NCBI GenBank assembly: GCA_037130925.1
Contig: JBAXSC010000001.1
Location: forward strand, 253,877 to 317,876
Length of the DNA stretch: 64,000 bases
Reading direction: 5' to 3'
DNA from: Candidatus Nomurabacteria bacterium
GTDB lineage: Bacteria > Patescibacteriota > Minisyncoccia > Phycocordibacterales > UBA5272
The notes beneath the pieces were generated by a model. That model ran no database searches. It saw only the letters and a list, made by a program, of their open reading frames with translations, and was not told the origin of the DNA. Numbering within the stretch: position 1 is the first letter of the stretch; every line of letters begins with the position of its first letter. Shown one piece after another: positions 54,761 to 64,000 of the stretch. Made by a program: the position numbers and the translations under genes.

Positions 54761-54969
54761 ATTTTAATATTAAAAATAAATTTAGAGTAAACATAAACAC
54801 ACTCTTGTCAAATTTTTTATATTATAATTCATATTTGTAAAATATACAACTAGACAAAGTTATAATATGTGTATAAATATTTAAAAATAATTTGACTAAA
54901 TTTTGGACCAAAAATCAGGAGATGACTCCCTACTTTTTATAATACAGCACAGATAAAAATTTATTACAA

Positions 54970-56736
54970 TTATTTATCTGTATTTTGAGTTTTAAGCTTA
55001 TTTATTTCTTTTGAGAATTTTTCTTTTTTGATCCAATCTTCATCTATTTTTTCTTTTTTCTCATCTATTTTTTTTATTTCTTCTTGAAGGACTTCTATCT
55101 TATAGATTCTAGCAAGATCCATGAGGTGCTTTATTATAAATTTCTTTTCATGTTCTTCATAATCTTTATTTTTAGAAAACTCTTTTTCTAATTTAGATAT
55201 TTCTGGCTCTAGCATCTCTTCCGGAAATTCACTTTTTTCTTCTAAAAATATTTTAGCAAAATCTATAAGATCATTTTTATTTTCTGAATTATTAGAAAAA
55301 TTAAATTCTAAAAACTTTTCTAAATTTATTTTTTTCCAGCTCAAAATAGCTAAAATTTCTTTTAACAATCTTTCTCTTCTTTTAAAAGAAATTATTTCAC
55401 TTGGCTTTATAAATTCTATATCTGTAACTTTACTATTCAAATCAGTTTCTTCCATTAATTTAATTTTCTTTAAATCATTATAAATATCAACTTCTTCTAT
55501 TTGTAATTTATTTGCTAAAAAACGAATAAAATATGATCTATCCATATCACTTTCAATAGCTCTTAAGAAAGGCAAAACTTCAAGACGAATATCTTTTAAT
55601 CTTTCTCTATCATCTTTTATTTTATCAAAAATAGTATTAGTTAAATATTCTATTAAATGTATTCTTTTGCTAATCAAATTTTTCCATTCTTCTCCACCAA
55701 AGTCTTTAATTAGATCAGCTGTATCTTTTACTCCTTCTTTTTTAGGTATTATAAATACATCCATTCCTCCGTATAGAGCCAGCATAGCTGCACGACGCAT
55801 CGCTTTTTCTCCTGCATCATCTTGATCAAAAGAAAGTAAAACTCTCTCAGCAAATCTTTTTAAGATCTTTATATGTTCATCTGTAATACTTGTACCAGAT
55901 ACTGCTACGACATTTTCTACACCAGCTTGATGACTCATAATAATATCCATTTGACCCTCTACTATTATCGCTTCTTTTTTATCAGAAATACTTTTCTTGG
56001 CTTCATTATATCCAAAAAGGATTTTACTTTTATGATAAACATCTGTCTCTGGAGAATTGATATATTTTCCAGATTTTCCATCATCAAATTTTGGCAAAAT
56101 TCTCGCAGAAAATCCAACAACGTTTCCAAATGTATTTCTAATTGGAAACATTATTCTTCCACGGAATCTATCAAAATATTTTTCTTCATTTTCTTTTTTT
56201 ATCACAACTCCTGCTGCGATCATTTCTTCTGGTGAAAAATGCTCTTTGGCTAATCCTATAAACACATCTCTCCATCCCATTTCACCACCAACAGCAAAAC
56301 CTATTTTAAATTTTTTAATAGTCTCTGGTAATAACCCTCTATCTCCTAAATAAACTTTTGCTTCAGGTGAAGTTTCTAAATTTTTTATATAATGTTCATT
56401 TGCTTTTTGAAGAAGAGAAATTAAATTTGATTCTTTATCATGTTCTTCTTTTTTGTATGGATTTAATTTTATTCCTGCTCTGTCTGCGAGTATTGTGAGA
56501 GCCTCATAAAAAGGAACACTTTCTAATTTTTCTACAAATGAAAAAATATCTCCGTGTTGAGAGCAACCAAAACAATGATATGTTCCTCTGTCTGGCGACA
56601 CATAAAAGCTGGGAGTCTTTTCATTATGAAAAGGACAACGACCTTTAAATTGAGAGCCTGATTTCTCAAGTTTTACATAAGTTGATACGACGTCTAAAAT
56701 AGAAAGACTTTGTTTGATTTGATCTTTTGGATTCAT
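54970..56736 (-). CDS. dnaG: DNA primase
   Basis: Zinc finger CPFHNEKTPSFYVSPDRGTYHCFGC and a Toprim domain (EGQMDIIMSHQAG, FDQDDAGEKA). Confidence 0.95.
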   Translation of the reverse strand: MNPKDQIKQSLSILDVVSTYVKLEKSGSQFKGRCPFHNEKTPSFYVSPDRGTYHCFGCSQHGDIFSFVEKLESVPFYEALTILADRAGIKLNPYKKEEHDKESNLISLLQKANEHYIKNLETSPEAKVYLGDRGLLPETIKKFKIGFAVGGEMGWRDVFIGLAKEHFSPEEMIAAGVVIKKENEEKYFDRFRGRIMFPIRNTFGNVVGFSARILPKFDDGKSGKYINSPETDVYHKSKILFGYNEAKKSISDKKEAIIVEGQMDIIMSHQAGVENVVAVSGTSITDEHIKILKRFAERVLLSFDQDDAGEKAMRRAAMLALYGGMDVFIIPKKEGVKDTADLIKDFGGEEWKNLISKRIHLIEYLTNTIFDKIKDDRERLKDIRLEVLPFLRAIESDMDRSYFIRFLANKLQIEEVDIYNDLKKIKLMEETDLNSKVTDIEFIKPSEIISFKRRERLLKEILAILSWKKINLEKFLEFNFSNNSENKNDLIDFAKIFLEEKSEFPEEMLEPEISKLEKEFSKNKDYEEHEKKFIIKHLMDLARIYKIEVLQEEIKKIDEKKEKIDEDWIKKEKFSKEINKLKTQNTDK

Positions 56737-56840
56737 AATTAGTCTTATTCTATCAAATTTAGAGCTTAATCTGAAATGATTGACAACTCCTATATATTTG
56801 ATATTATTGGAGTATTGTACATTATAAAAACATAATAATT

Positions 56841-57050
56841 ATGAAACAGATAAATGAAAAAGAATATCTGGAAGCTAAAAAAGTAGTTGACATGTATGAA
56901 TTGCAAGAAAAGATAAAAAAACAGAACTCTTGTAATCATCCTGAACATGCAAGAACTTTACGTCATATGAGTAATAGCCAATCTATCCATTACTATTATC
57001 AATGTGACTTGTGTAATTTTTGTTTTCCAGATTGGGAAGAACCTGCGTAA
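56841..57050 (+). CDS. hypothetical Cys/His-rich small protein (69 aa)
   Basis: CNHPEH...CDLCNFC. A terminator lies at 57069-57099. Confidence 0.45.
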   Translation: MKQINEKEYLEAKKVVDMYELQEKIKKQNSCNHPEHARTLRHMSNSQSIHYYYQCDLCNFCFPDWEEPA

Positions 57051-57102
57051 AATTAATTTTTATTTAAAAATCCCCTAGCAATTGCGAAAGGGATTTTTTA
57101 TT

Positions 57103-57184
57103 TAGAATCACCCTGTTTCTACAAATTTTTATTTCATATTCATTCATAAAAATTTAAGAAACAGACCTCTTTTAAGAAAGAGGT
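57103..57184. repeat. left structured inverted repeat
   Basis: 11-nt box at 57103-57113, internal hairpin TGTTTCT..AGAAACA, and a 21-nt palindromic box at 57164-57184. Confidence 0.85.
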
Positions 57185-57254
57185 ATTAAATACAAACTTT
57201 TTAAGTTTTATTAAATGTAATCATGAAAACGAAAATAATTAAAATCGAATAATT

Positions 57255-57644
57255 CTAATTTATTTTTAAAGAATTCAAAATTTCATCTAACTTTTTATAA
57301 GTTTTTTCAGAATTATTCAAAATACTTTTATTTGTAATTCTAATAATTTTTAAATTATATTTTTGTAAAAACAGACTTCTCTCCATATCTCTTTCTTTTA
57401 ATTTTTCATGAATTTCTCCATCAATTTCTATAATCAATTTTAATTTTGCTATATAAAAATCAACAATAAAATATCCTATTATTTTTTGTCTCATTACATT
57501 TAATTCTAATTTAGATAAATATTCATTCCAAATTTTCTTCTCGGCTTCGGTCTGATTTTTTCTTAAATCTCTAGAGATATCTTTCAATTTTGGATCATAA
57601 GGAAGAAATAATTCATTTTTTACTAAAAATTTTTCTCTTTTCAT
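57255..57644 (-). CDS. DUF559 (Vsr-like PD-(D/E)XK) endonuclease domain protein
   Basis: LRKNQTEAEKKIWNEYL...RQKIIGYFIVDFYIAKLKLIIEIDGEIH...KIIRITN matches the DUF559 pattern. Confidence 0.8.
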   Translation of the reverse strand: MKREKFLVKNELFLPYDPKLKDISRDLRKNQTEAEKKIWNEYLSKLELNVMRQKIIGYFIVDFYIAKLKLIIEIDGEIHEKLKERDMERSLFLQKYNLKIIRITNKSILNNSEKTYKKLDEILNSLKIN

Positions 57645-57676
57645 ATCTTATATAAATAAATTTTATCATGTATTTC

Positions 57677-57759
57677 ACCTCTTTCTTAAAAGAGGTCGAT
57701 TTACAAAATATTTTGAGAATTTATTCGAGAAAATATTTTAGGTAAATCGGGTGATTCTA
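57677..57759. repeat. right structured inverted repeat
   Basis: 21-nt box at 57677-57697, internal hairpin GATTTAC..GTAAATC, and an 11-nt box at 57749-57759 (reverse complement of the left-arm boxes). Confidence 0.85.
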
Positions 57760-57767
57760 AAATAAAA

Positions 57768-57790
57768 AACCTTCACACTATGTGAAGGTT
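57768..57790 (-). terminator. rpoC terminator
   Basis: AACCTTCACA / TGTGAAGGTT, a 10-bp stem with a T-run on the minus strand. Confidence 0.8.
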
Positions 57791-57806
57791 TTTTATTATT
57801 TTATAA

Positions 57807-60800
57807 TTAATCTCTATCTTGAATTCCTGTTCCAGCTGGTACAAGTTTACCGATAATTACATTTTCTTTTAGTCCGTGTAATTTATCAACCTGCCCTCTA
57901 GCAGATGCATTAATCAAAACTTTTGTTGTGTGCTGGAATGACGCAGATGACAACCATGAATTTGTAGTAAGAGCAACATCAGAGATACCACAGATTAGAT
58001 GTGCACCCTTTGCTGGAACACCTCCAGCATTTTTTACTCTTTCATTTTCTGATCTAAAGTCAGAAACTTCTACCACATCACTTTGAGTAAAGAGAGTATC
58101 ACCTACTTCTTTAATCTTCACACGAGAAAGCATTTGTTTAATTATTAATTCCATATGCTTTCTTGAAATTGAAGCTCCTTGTAATTCATAAACTTTATTA
58201 AGTTCATTTACAATGTAGTCTTCTGTAATTTCTCTTCCTGCTAAATCATAAAGTTGTTCGATATTTAATGATCCATCTGTTAAAGGCTGACCTTTTACTA
58301 TTTTGTCTCCAACTTTAACAATTGCTCTACGAGAATAAGCCATTTCGTATTCGATCTTTAGTCCTTTTTTCTTTGCAAGATTATATGAACCATCATCATT
58401 ACTCAAGACAACAATACTCTTTGCTTTACCGTCTCTTTTAACATCTACAACTTCACCATTTGAAAGAGATATAACTCCAGGATTTTTTGGATTACGTCTT
58501 TCAAAGATTTCAGCAACACGAGGAAGACCTTGTGTGATGTCGACTCCAGCTACCCCTCCTGAGTGGAAGGTACGCATTGTAAGCTGTGTTCCAGGCTCTC
58601 CAATGGCTTGTGCGGCAACAATACCCACAGCCTCACCAATCTTCACTAATTCATTTCTAGCAAGGTCTAGACCGTAACATCTTTGACATACACCATTTAA
58701 AGATTCACAAGAAAGTGGTGAGTAAATGTTTGCTTCTTCTATTCCTGACTCTTCAATTAATTTAGCTTCTTCTTTACGTACTAAATGTCCTTTCTTGAAT
58801 AAAATGTTTCCATTTTTATCCATCAAATCTTGAGCAATAACTCTACCTTTTAGACTCTTTGATAATGGAATTTCGATACCTAAAACATTTTCTGTTTTTA
58901 AGATCTTAGAATTTTTTGTTCCACAACTTTCTTCTGAAACGATCACATCTTGTGACACATCAACTAGTCTTCTTGTTAAGTATCCAGCTTCAGCTGTCTT
59001 AAGAGCCGTATCAGATGTTCCCTTTCTAGCTCCATAAGTTGTAATGAAATATTCAATTGGAGAAAGACCTTCTTTATTTGATGAAATAATTGGGAAGTCA
59101 ATATTCTTTCCTGATGAGTTCACAATAATACCCTTCATACCCGCAAGCTGAATAAGTTGTTTTACAGAACCTCTAGCTCCTGATGTAAGAAGATTGTAAA
59201 CTGATCCAAATTTATCCATACCTTTTGCTGGCATAAGATTTTCAATTTCCTTTCTAATTGTTGTCCAGTTTTCGATAGTCTTTTGATATCTTTCATCTTC
59301 TGAAAGCAATCCTTCTTCAAAATATTTTTTAATATTTTGTTCTTCGACTCTACCTTTTGCAATAATTCCTCCTTTTTCTTCTGGAACTTTCACTGCATCA
59401 ATGCTCCAAGTTGTACCTGAGATTGTCGCATATTTGAATCCGAAAGTTTTTATTTTATCAATAATTTTTGGAGCAATAGTAAATCCGTACTGCATGATAA
59501 CTTTATCAATGATTTGATTCATTTTATTTCCACCGATTTGTTCATCGATATATTCAAAATCATCAGGTAAGATTGAGTTGAAACGTAGTCTTCCAACTGT
59601 TGTTTCAAATCTTTTTCCTTCGTATTTTTTATATTTATCTTTTGTTGTAGGACAAACATGAATCTTTGCACGCAAATCTACAATACCGAATTCATTCGCA
59701 GTAATAGCGTCATTTGGTGAAGAAAAATATTTTCCTTCTCCTTGAGCTCCTGGGATTTCAGTTGTTAACCAAAAACATCCTAGTAACATGTCCATACGAG
59801 GATTTACAATTGAGTCTCCTGATCCTGGCTTTAATAAGTTTTTATTTGCAGCCATTAATTCGCGAGCTTCTTCTTGTGCTTTCTCAGAAAGTGGTAAGTG
59901 AACAGCCATTTGGTCTCCGTCGAAGTCAGCGTTGAAAGCTGTACAAACAAGCGGATGAAGTTGAATAGCATTTCCTTCGATCATTTTTGGTTTGAAAGCT
60001 TGAATACCAAGTCTATGCAATGTTGGAGCACGGTTTAGAAGAACATATTTTCCTTCGATTACTTCTTCAAGAATTTCCCAAACTTCTGGAATACTATCTT
60101 CAATTAATTTATTCGCACCTCTGATATTGAAAGTAAATTCTCTTTCAAGTAATTTTGAAATTACAAAAGGTTTGAATAATTCAAGAACCATATGCTTTGG
60201 AAGTCCACACTCATCAAGCGCAAGATCTGGACCAATAACGATCACAGAACGACCAGAATAGTCAACACGTTTTCCAAGAAGATTTTGTCTAAATAGTCCT
60301 GACTTTGATTTAATACCATCAGCAAGAGATTTTAATTGTCTCTTTTGTCCGATAATAGTTGTAGCTTCTTGACCACGTCTCTTTGAATTATCTATAAGAG
60401 CGTCAACAGCTTCTTGTAAGATTCTTTTTTCATTTCTTAAAATAACATCTGGCGCAGAAATTTCTTTCAATTTTAATAGACGATTATTTCTATTTATAAC
60501 TCTTCTGTAAAGATCATTTACATCACTTGTTGCATATCTTCCTCCTTCAAGTGCAACCATAGGACGAATTCCTGGAGGAATAACTGGAAGTGCTGTAAGA
60601 AACATCCACTCTGGTCTGATATCAGCTGTTTTGAAAGCTCTCACAAGTGAAAGTCTTTTTTCTTGTTTTTCTCTTTCAAGAGTAGAAGCTTTTTCTAATC
60701 TTGCTAAAATTTCCTTTTCTAGAACATCTAAATCCATTCCTTGGAAAATATTATAAATAGCCTCCGCACCAATTTGCGCTTCGAAAGCAATGCTATATCT

Positions 60801-61409
60801 CATTGAATATCTGTGATAAGTAATTTCATCTAAAATTTTTCTCTCACGAATATCTTCGATTTCTTTTTTAGTAGCAAGCATTAATTCTTTCAACTTATCT
60901 TTTGTTTTATCATCAGTAGCTGCTTTAATTTTTGCTTTGAATTCACTTTCAAGATTTTTAAGAATTTCTTCTTTTTCTGCTTTATTTACTTTTGTAATAA
61001 TATAATTAGCAAAGTAAACAACTTTCTCAACTTCACCAGCAGGCTCTCCTAAAATAAGAGCAATACGAGAAGGAATGTCTCTTAAAAACCAAATGTGTGC
61101 AACAGGAGAAGCTAATTCAATATGACCCATTCTCTCACGACGAACAATTGATTTTGTAACTTCAACTCCACATTTTTCACAAACAATATCTTTATATCTA
61201 ATTCTTCTATATTTTCCACAATAACATTCGTAATCTTTTTCTGGACCGAATATTTTTTCATCGAAAAGACCAGATCTTTCAGAACGGCCTGTACGGTAGT
61301 TTATAGTTTCAGGTTTTGTAACTTCTCCAAAACTCCATGAACGAATAGCTTCTGGTGAGGCAATTTTAATCTGTAAAGCTTCAAAATTTGTTGTATCTAT
61401 TGTTTTCAT
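57807..61409 (-). CDS. rpoC: DNA-directed RNA polymerase beta-prime subunit
   Basis: NADFDGDQM catalytic motif and an N-terminal zinc motif (CYCGKYRRIRYKDIVCEKCG); 1200 aa. Confidence 0.97.
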   Translation of the reverse strand: MKTIDTTNFEALQIKIASPEAIRSWSFGEVTKPETINYRTGRSERSGLFDEKIFGPEKDYECYCGKYRRIRYKDIVCEKCGVEVTKSIVRRERMGHIELASPVAHIWFLRDIPSRIALILGEPAGEVEKVVYFANYIITKVNKAEKEEILKNLESEFKAKIKAATDDKTKDKLKELMLATKKEIEDIRERKILDEITYHRYSMRYSIAFEAQIGAEAIYNIFQGMDLDVLEKEILARLEKASTLEREKQEKRLSLVRAFKTADIRPEWMFLTALPVIPPGIRPMVALEGGRYATSDVNDLYRRVINRNNRLLKLKEISAPDVILRNEKRILQEAVDALIDNSKRRGQEATTIIGQKRQLKSLADGIKSKSGLFRQNLLGKRVDYSGRSVIVIGPDLALDECGLPKHMVLELFKPFVISKLLEREFTFNIRGANKLIEDSIPEVWEILEEVIEGKYVLLNRAPTLHRLGIQAFKPKMIEGNAIQLHPLVCTAFNADFDGDQMAVHLPLSEKAQEEARELMAANKNLLKPGSGDSIVNPRMDMLLGCFWLTTEIPGAQGEGKYFSSPNDAITANEFGIVDLRAKIHVCPTTKDKYKKYEGKRFETTVGRLRFNSILPDDFEYIDEQIGGNKMNQIIDKVIMQYGFTIAPKIIDKIKTFGFKYATISGTTWSIDAVKVPEEKGGIIAKGRVEEQNIKKYFEEGLLSEDERYQKTIENWTTIRKEIENLMPAKGMDKFGSVYNLLTSGARGSVKQLIQLAGMKGIIVNSSGKNIDFPIISSNKEGLSPIEYFITTYGARKGTSDTALKTAEAGYLTRRLVDVSQDVIVSEESCGTKNSKILKTENVLGIEIPLSKSLKGRVIAQDLMDKNGNILFKKGHLVRKEEAKLIEESGIEEANIYSPLSCESLNGVCQRCYGLDLARNELVKIGEAVGIVAAQAIGEPGTQLTMRTFHSGGVAGVDITQGLPRVAEIFERRNPKNPGVISLSNGEVVDVKRDGKAKSIVVLSNDDGSYNLAKKKGLKIEYEMAYSRRAIVKVGDKIVKGQPLTDGSLNIEQLYDLAGREITEDYIVNELNKVYELQGASISRKHMELIIKQMLSRVKIKEVGDTLFTQSDVVEVSDFRSENERVKNAGGVPAKGAHLICGISDVALTTNSWLSSASFQHTTKVLINASARGQVDKLHGLKENVIIGKLVPAGTGIQDRD

Positions 61410-61446
61410 AATTTTATTTTAATTATTTTTATTATTAATCAAATTT

Positions 61447-64000
61447 CTAATCCTTAATTTTAATAACTTTTTCCTCACCTAATAATATTTTCTCTTTTCT
61501 CTTTTTTGATTTATCAGCAGATTCTAATGGGATAACATCTAGAGAAAGTCCTCTTAAAGTATTTAAAAGAACATTTAGAGATGCTGGTGCATTTGGTTCT
61601 TCAATTGGTTGATTCTTGATAATACTATTGAAAGCATTTGATCTTCCAACAATATCGTCTGACTTGATAGTTAAGACTTCACGTAAAGTATGAGCTGCTC
61701 CGTATCCTTCGAGAGCCCAGACCTCCATTTCTCCAAATCTTTGTCCTCCATTTTGTGATTTACCGCCAAGAGGCTGTTGTGTAATTAGAGAGTATGGACC
61801 AATTGAACGAGCATGTATTTTATCTTCAACCATATGATGGAGTTTAAGCATGTACATGATACCGATAGCAACTTTCTCTGCAAATTTATCTCCCGTTCTT
61901 CCGTCAAATAATTCTACAGTTCCTGATGCATCAAATCCTGCTTTTACTAATTCTTCTTTAATTTCTGTTTCAGTTGCTCCGTTGAAAACTGGCACAACAG
62001 ATTGATAACCAAGAGTTTTAGCCGCTAAACCTAAATGCATTTCTAAGATTTGTCCTAGATTCATACGAGATGGAACTCCAAGCGGAGTCAAGATAATATC
62101 TACAGCTTCTCCATCTTCTGTGAATGGCATGTCTTCAATAGGTAATATTCTTGAGATAACTCCTTTATTTCCGTGTCTTCCGGCAAGCTTGTCTCCAACT
62201 GAAATGTCACGAAGTTGTGCAACTTCAATATGAATCTTTTTAATAACACCACTCTCTAAAGTATCTCCTCTTTCTCTTGAGAAAACTTTGATACCAATAA
62301 TTCTTCCTCTCTTTCCATTGTCTAATCTTAATGAAGTATCTTTTACATCACGAATCTTTTCACCAAAGATACTTCTAAGTAATCTTTCTTCCGGAGTAAG
62401 TTCTGTTTCTCCTTTTGGTGTAATTTTTCCAACAAGAATATCTCCAGCTCTCACATCTGCTCCGACTCTAATAATTCCATCTTCATCTAAATTCTTAAGT
62501 TTTGTTTCTCCAACATTTGGAATGTCGTGAGTTGTAACTTCAGCACCTAATTTTGTATCACGAACACTACATACAAATTCTTCGATATGAATAGAAGAGA
62601 ATTTCTTCTCACGTACAAGTTTTTCAGAAATAATAATAGCATCTTCATAGTTCGCACCATTCCAACTCATAAATGCTACACGAATATTGTGTCCAATAGA
62701 AATTTGTCCACCACGTGTTGATGATGAGTCAGCTAAAACTTCTCCTTTCTTTACTTTGTCTCCAATATTTACGATAGGTCTCTGATAAAACGCTGTGAAG
62801 TTATTTGTACGAGTAAAATCTACAAGATTATATGTTTTATCTTTTCCATCTTTTCCTGTAACAATAACTTTTTTAGCATCAACATATTTAACATCTCCAG
62901 CTTCATCAGCTAATACAATTCTTCCGATATGCTTTGCCGCTTCTAACTCCATACCTGTAGAAACATAAGGCGCTTCTGCCAATAATAGAGGTAAAGCTTG
63001 TTTCTGCATGTTTGATCCAAGTGAGGCACGAACGGCGTCATCATGCTCCAAGAAAGGAATAAGATTTGTCGCAATAGAATAAGCTTGATTTGTCGCAACA
63101 TCGATATACTCAACTTCTTCTTTTCTAACAATTGCTGGTGATCCACCTTTTCTTGCTTGAACAAATTCATCTTTGATTTCTCCAGCCTCATTATAATCAA
63201 TAGCAGCATGTGTGATAACTGTAGCCTCTTCTTGAAGAGCATTCAAATATTGAATCTCATTTGTAATTTTTCCATTTTTAACTTTCACATAAGGAGTTTC
63301 GATAATTCCAAATTCATTAATCTTTGCATAAGTTGCAAGTCTTAAAATAAGACCCACGTTCGCACCGTCAGGTGTATGAATTGGACAAACACGACCATAG
63401 TGAGATGTATGAACATCACGAACTTCAAATCCAGCTCTTTCTTTTGAAAGTCCTCCGGGACCAAGTGCCGACACTGTACGAAGTGTTTCGATTTCAGCAA
63501 GAAGATTTTCTTGATTCATCAAGTGTGAAAGCTGATTTACTGTAAAGAATTCTTTGATACGAGCTTGTAAAGGTCTTTGATTAACGATAGAAACAGGCAA
63601 TGTTGTATCAGTATCAACAACAGACATTTTCTCTTGAATATATCTTCTTACTTGAATCATTCCTTTTTTAATTTTCATTCCAAGCATTTCTCCGACAAAA
63701 CGAACTCTTCTTGATGCCAAGTGATCTATATCATCACCTTGAGCTTCAGGATTATTGTTTAGTTCGATAAGATGAGCAATAACTAAAACAATATCTTCTT
63801 TAGAAAGAGTTAACCTCTTCATATCTTTTCCATCTAGAGCAAGATTAAATCTCTTATTAAAACGCATTCTACCAATTGGAGATAAGTCATATCTCTCTTT
63901 TGAGAAAAGAGAAGTAATATATGATTTTGCATTTTCAATTGTAGCAAGATCTCCATCACGAAGTTTTTTATAAATATCAATATAAGCTTCATCAGCTGTC
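61447..64000 (-). CDS. rpoB: DNA-directed RNA polymerase beta subunit (N-terminus beyond window end)
   Basis: GEMEVWALEGYGAAHTL and RHGNKGVISRI motifs. The frame stays open upstream of the track Met (63867) to nt 64000 (..RYDLSPIGRMRFNKR..). Confidence 0.97.
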   Translation of the reverse strand, partial: TADEAYIDIYKKLRDGDLATIENAKSYITSLFSKERYDLSPIGRMRFNKRFNLALDGKDMKRLTLSKEDIVLVIAHLIELNNNPEAQGDDIDHLASRRVRFVGEMLGMKIKKGMIQVRRYIQEKMSVVDTDTTLPVSIVNQRPLQARIKEFFTVNQLSHLMNQENLLAEIETLRTVSALGPGGLSKERAGFEVRDVHTSHYGRVCPIHTPDGANVGLILRLATYAKINEFGIIETPYVKVKNGKITNEIQYLNALQEEATVITHAAIDYNEAGEIKDEFVQARKGGSPAIVRKEEVEYIDVATNQAYSIATNLIPFLEHDDAVRASLGSNMQKQALPLLLAEAPYVSTGMELEAAKHIGRIVLADEAGDVKYVDAKKVIVTGKDGKDKTYNLVDFTRTNNFTAFYQRPIVNIGDKVKKGEVLADSSSTRGGQISIGHNIRVAFMSWNGANYEDAIIISEKLVREKKFSSIHIEEFVCSVRDTKLGAEVTTHDIPNVGETKLKNLDEDGIIRVGADVRAGDILVGKITPKGETELTPEERLLRSIFGEKIRDVKDTSLRLDNGKRGRIIGIKVFSRERGDTLESGVIKKIHIEVAQLRDISVGDKLAGRHGNKGVISRILPIEDMPFTEDGEAVDIILTPLGVPSRMNLGQILEMHLGLAAKTLGYQSVVPVFNGATETEIKEELVKAGFDASGTVELFDGRTGDKFAEKVAIGIMYMLKLHHMVEDKIHARSIGPYSLITQQPLGGKSQNGGQRFGEMEVWALEGYGAAHTLREVLTIKSDDIVGRSNAFNSIIKNQPIEEPNAPASLNVLLNTLRGLSLDVIPLESADKSKKRKEKILLGEEKVIKIKD

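Larger units (their letters stand above)
57103..57759. mobile_element. putative inverted-repeat-bounded DUF559 endonuclease cassette (657 bp)
   Basis: The left arm (57103-57184) and the reverse complement of the right arm (57677-57759) share the same layout: TAGAATCACCC, then a ~50-nt hairpin, then GACCTCTTTTAAGAAAGAGGT. The cassette sits exactly between two convergent terminators. Confidence 0.4.

Noticed and set aside
1-64000. An alternative genetic code (for example UGA=Gly as in some candidate phyla), CRISPR arrays, and tRNA/rRNA genes.
   Set aside because: Long conserved proteins (RpoC 1200 aa, RpoB, DnaG, the UvrD-like helicase) are uninterrupted under the standard code, and TGA is used as a stop (for example at 30623). 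No spaced direct-repeat array and no tRNA-like GTTCGAATC T-arm segments were seen in the intergenic regions.

Overview
This is an AT-rich (about 30% GC by eye) bacterial chromosome segment using the standard genetic code, with about 75 tightly packed genes. No rRNA, tRNA, CRISPR array, integrase or transposase is visible. The style points to an ultrasmall, Patescibacteria/CPR-like bacterium (inference): many orphan small ORFs, near-consensus TTGACA / TGnTAnAAT promoters, almost no Shine-Dalgarno motifs, several predicted leaderless mRNAs, and hairpin+T-tract terminators at most gene ends. Core content is as follows. Chromosome and replication: scpA-scpB, holB-like, dnaX, dnaB, recR, rmuC, dnaG. 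Cell wall and shape: a D-Ala-D-Ala carboxypeptidase, mraY, a SEDS protein, mreB, murG, murD. Translation: frr, serS, gltX, proS, cysS, rpmA, rplI, rplU, dus. Transcription: rpoD, rpoC and rpoB (rpoB is cut by the window end). Other: rseP, sufB plus a short sufD-like gene, and an S41 protease. An accessory-looking stretch (about 27-39.5 kb) concentrates nucleic-acid and nucleotide enzymes: a Pif1/RecD-like helicase, a UvrD-type helicase-nuclease with a small Cas4-like nuclease, a NYN RNase, a MazG-like pyrophosphohydrolase, Bcp and an Ndt-like protein. Most notable observations: (1) a leaderless, translationally coupled two-gene operon of MazG-like + a 697-aa GIY-YIG / DUF2075 P-loop / LexA-UmuD S24 peptidase fusion, with an intact Cys-Gly self-cleavage site and Ser/Lys dyad, which is a candidate damage- or infection-gated nuclease-helicase module; (2) a DUF559 endonuclease gene bounded by ~83-nt structured inverted repeats, wedged between two convergent terminators; (3) an orphan ~480-nt GC-enriched, multi-hairpin RNA gene with its own consensus promoter and terminator that I cannot assign to a known family; (4) an (AT)11 microsatellite forming the spacer of a promoter; (5) a 77-codon open frame continuing directly after an in-frame TAA upstream of murD.
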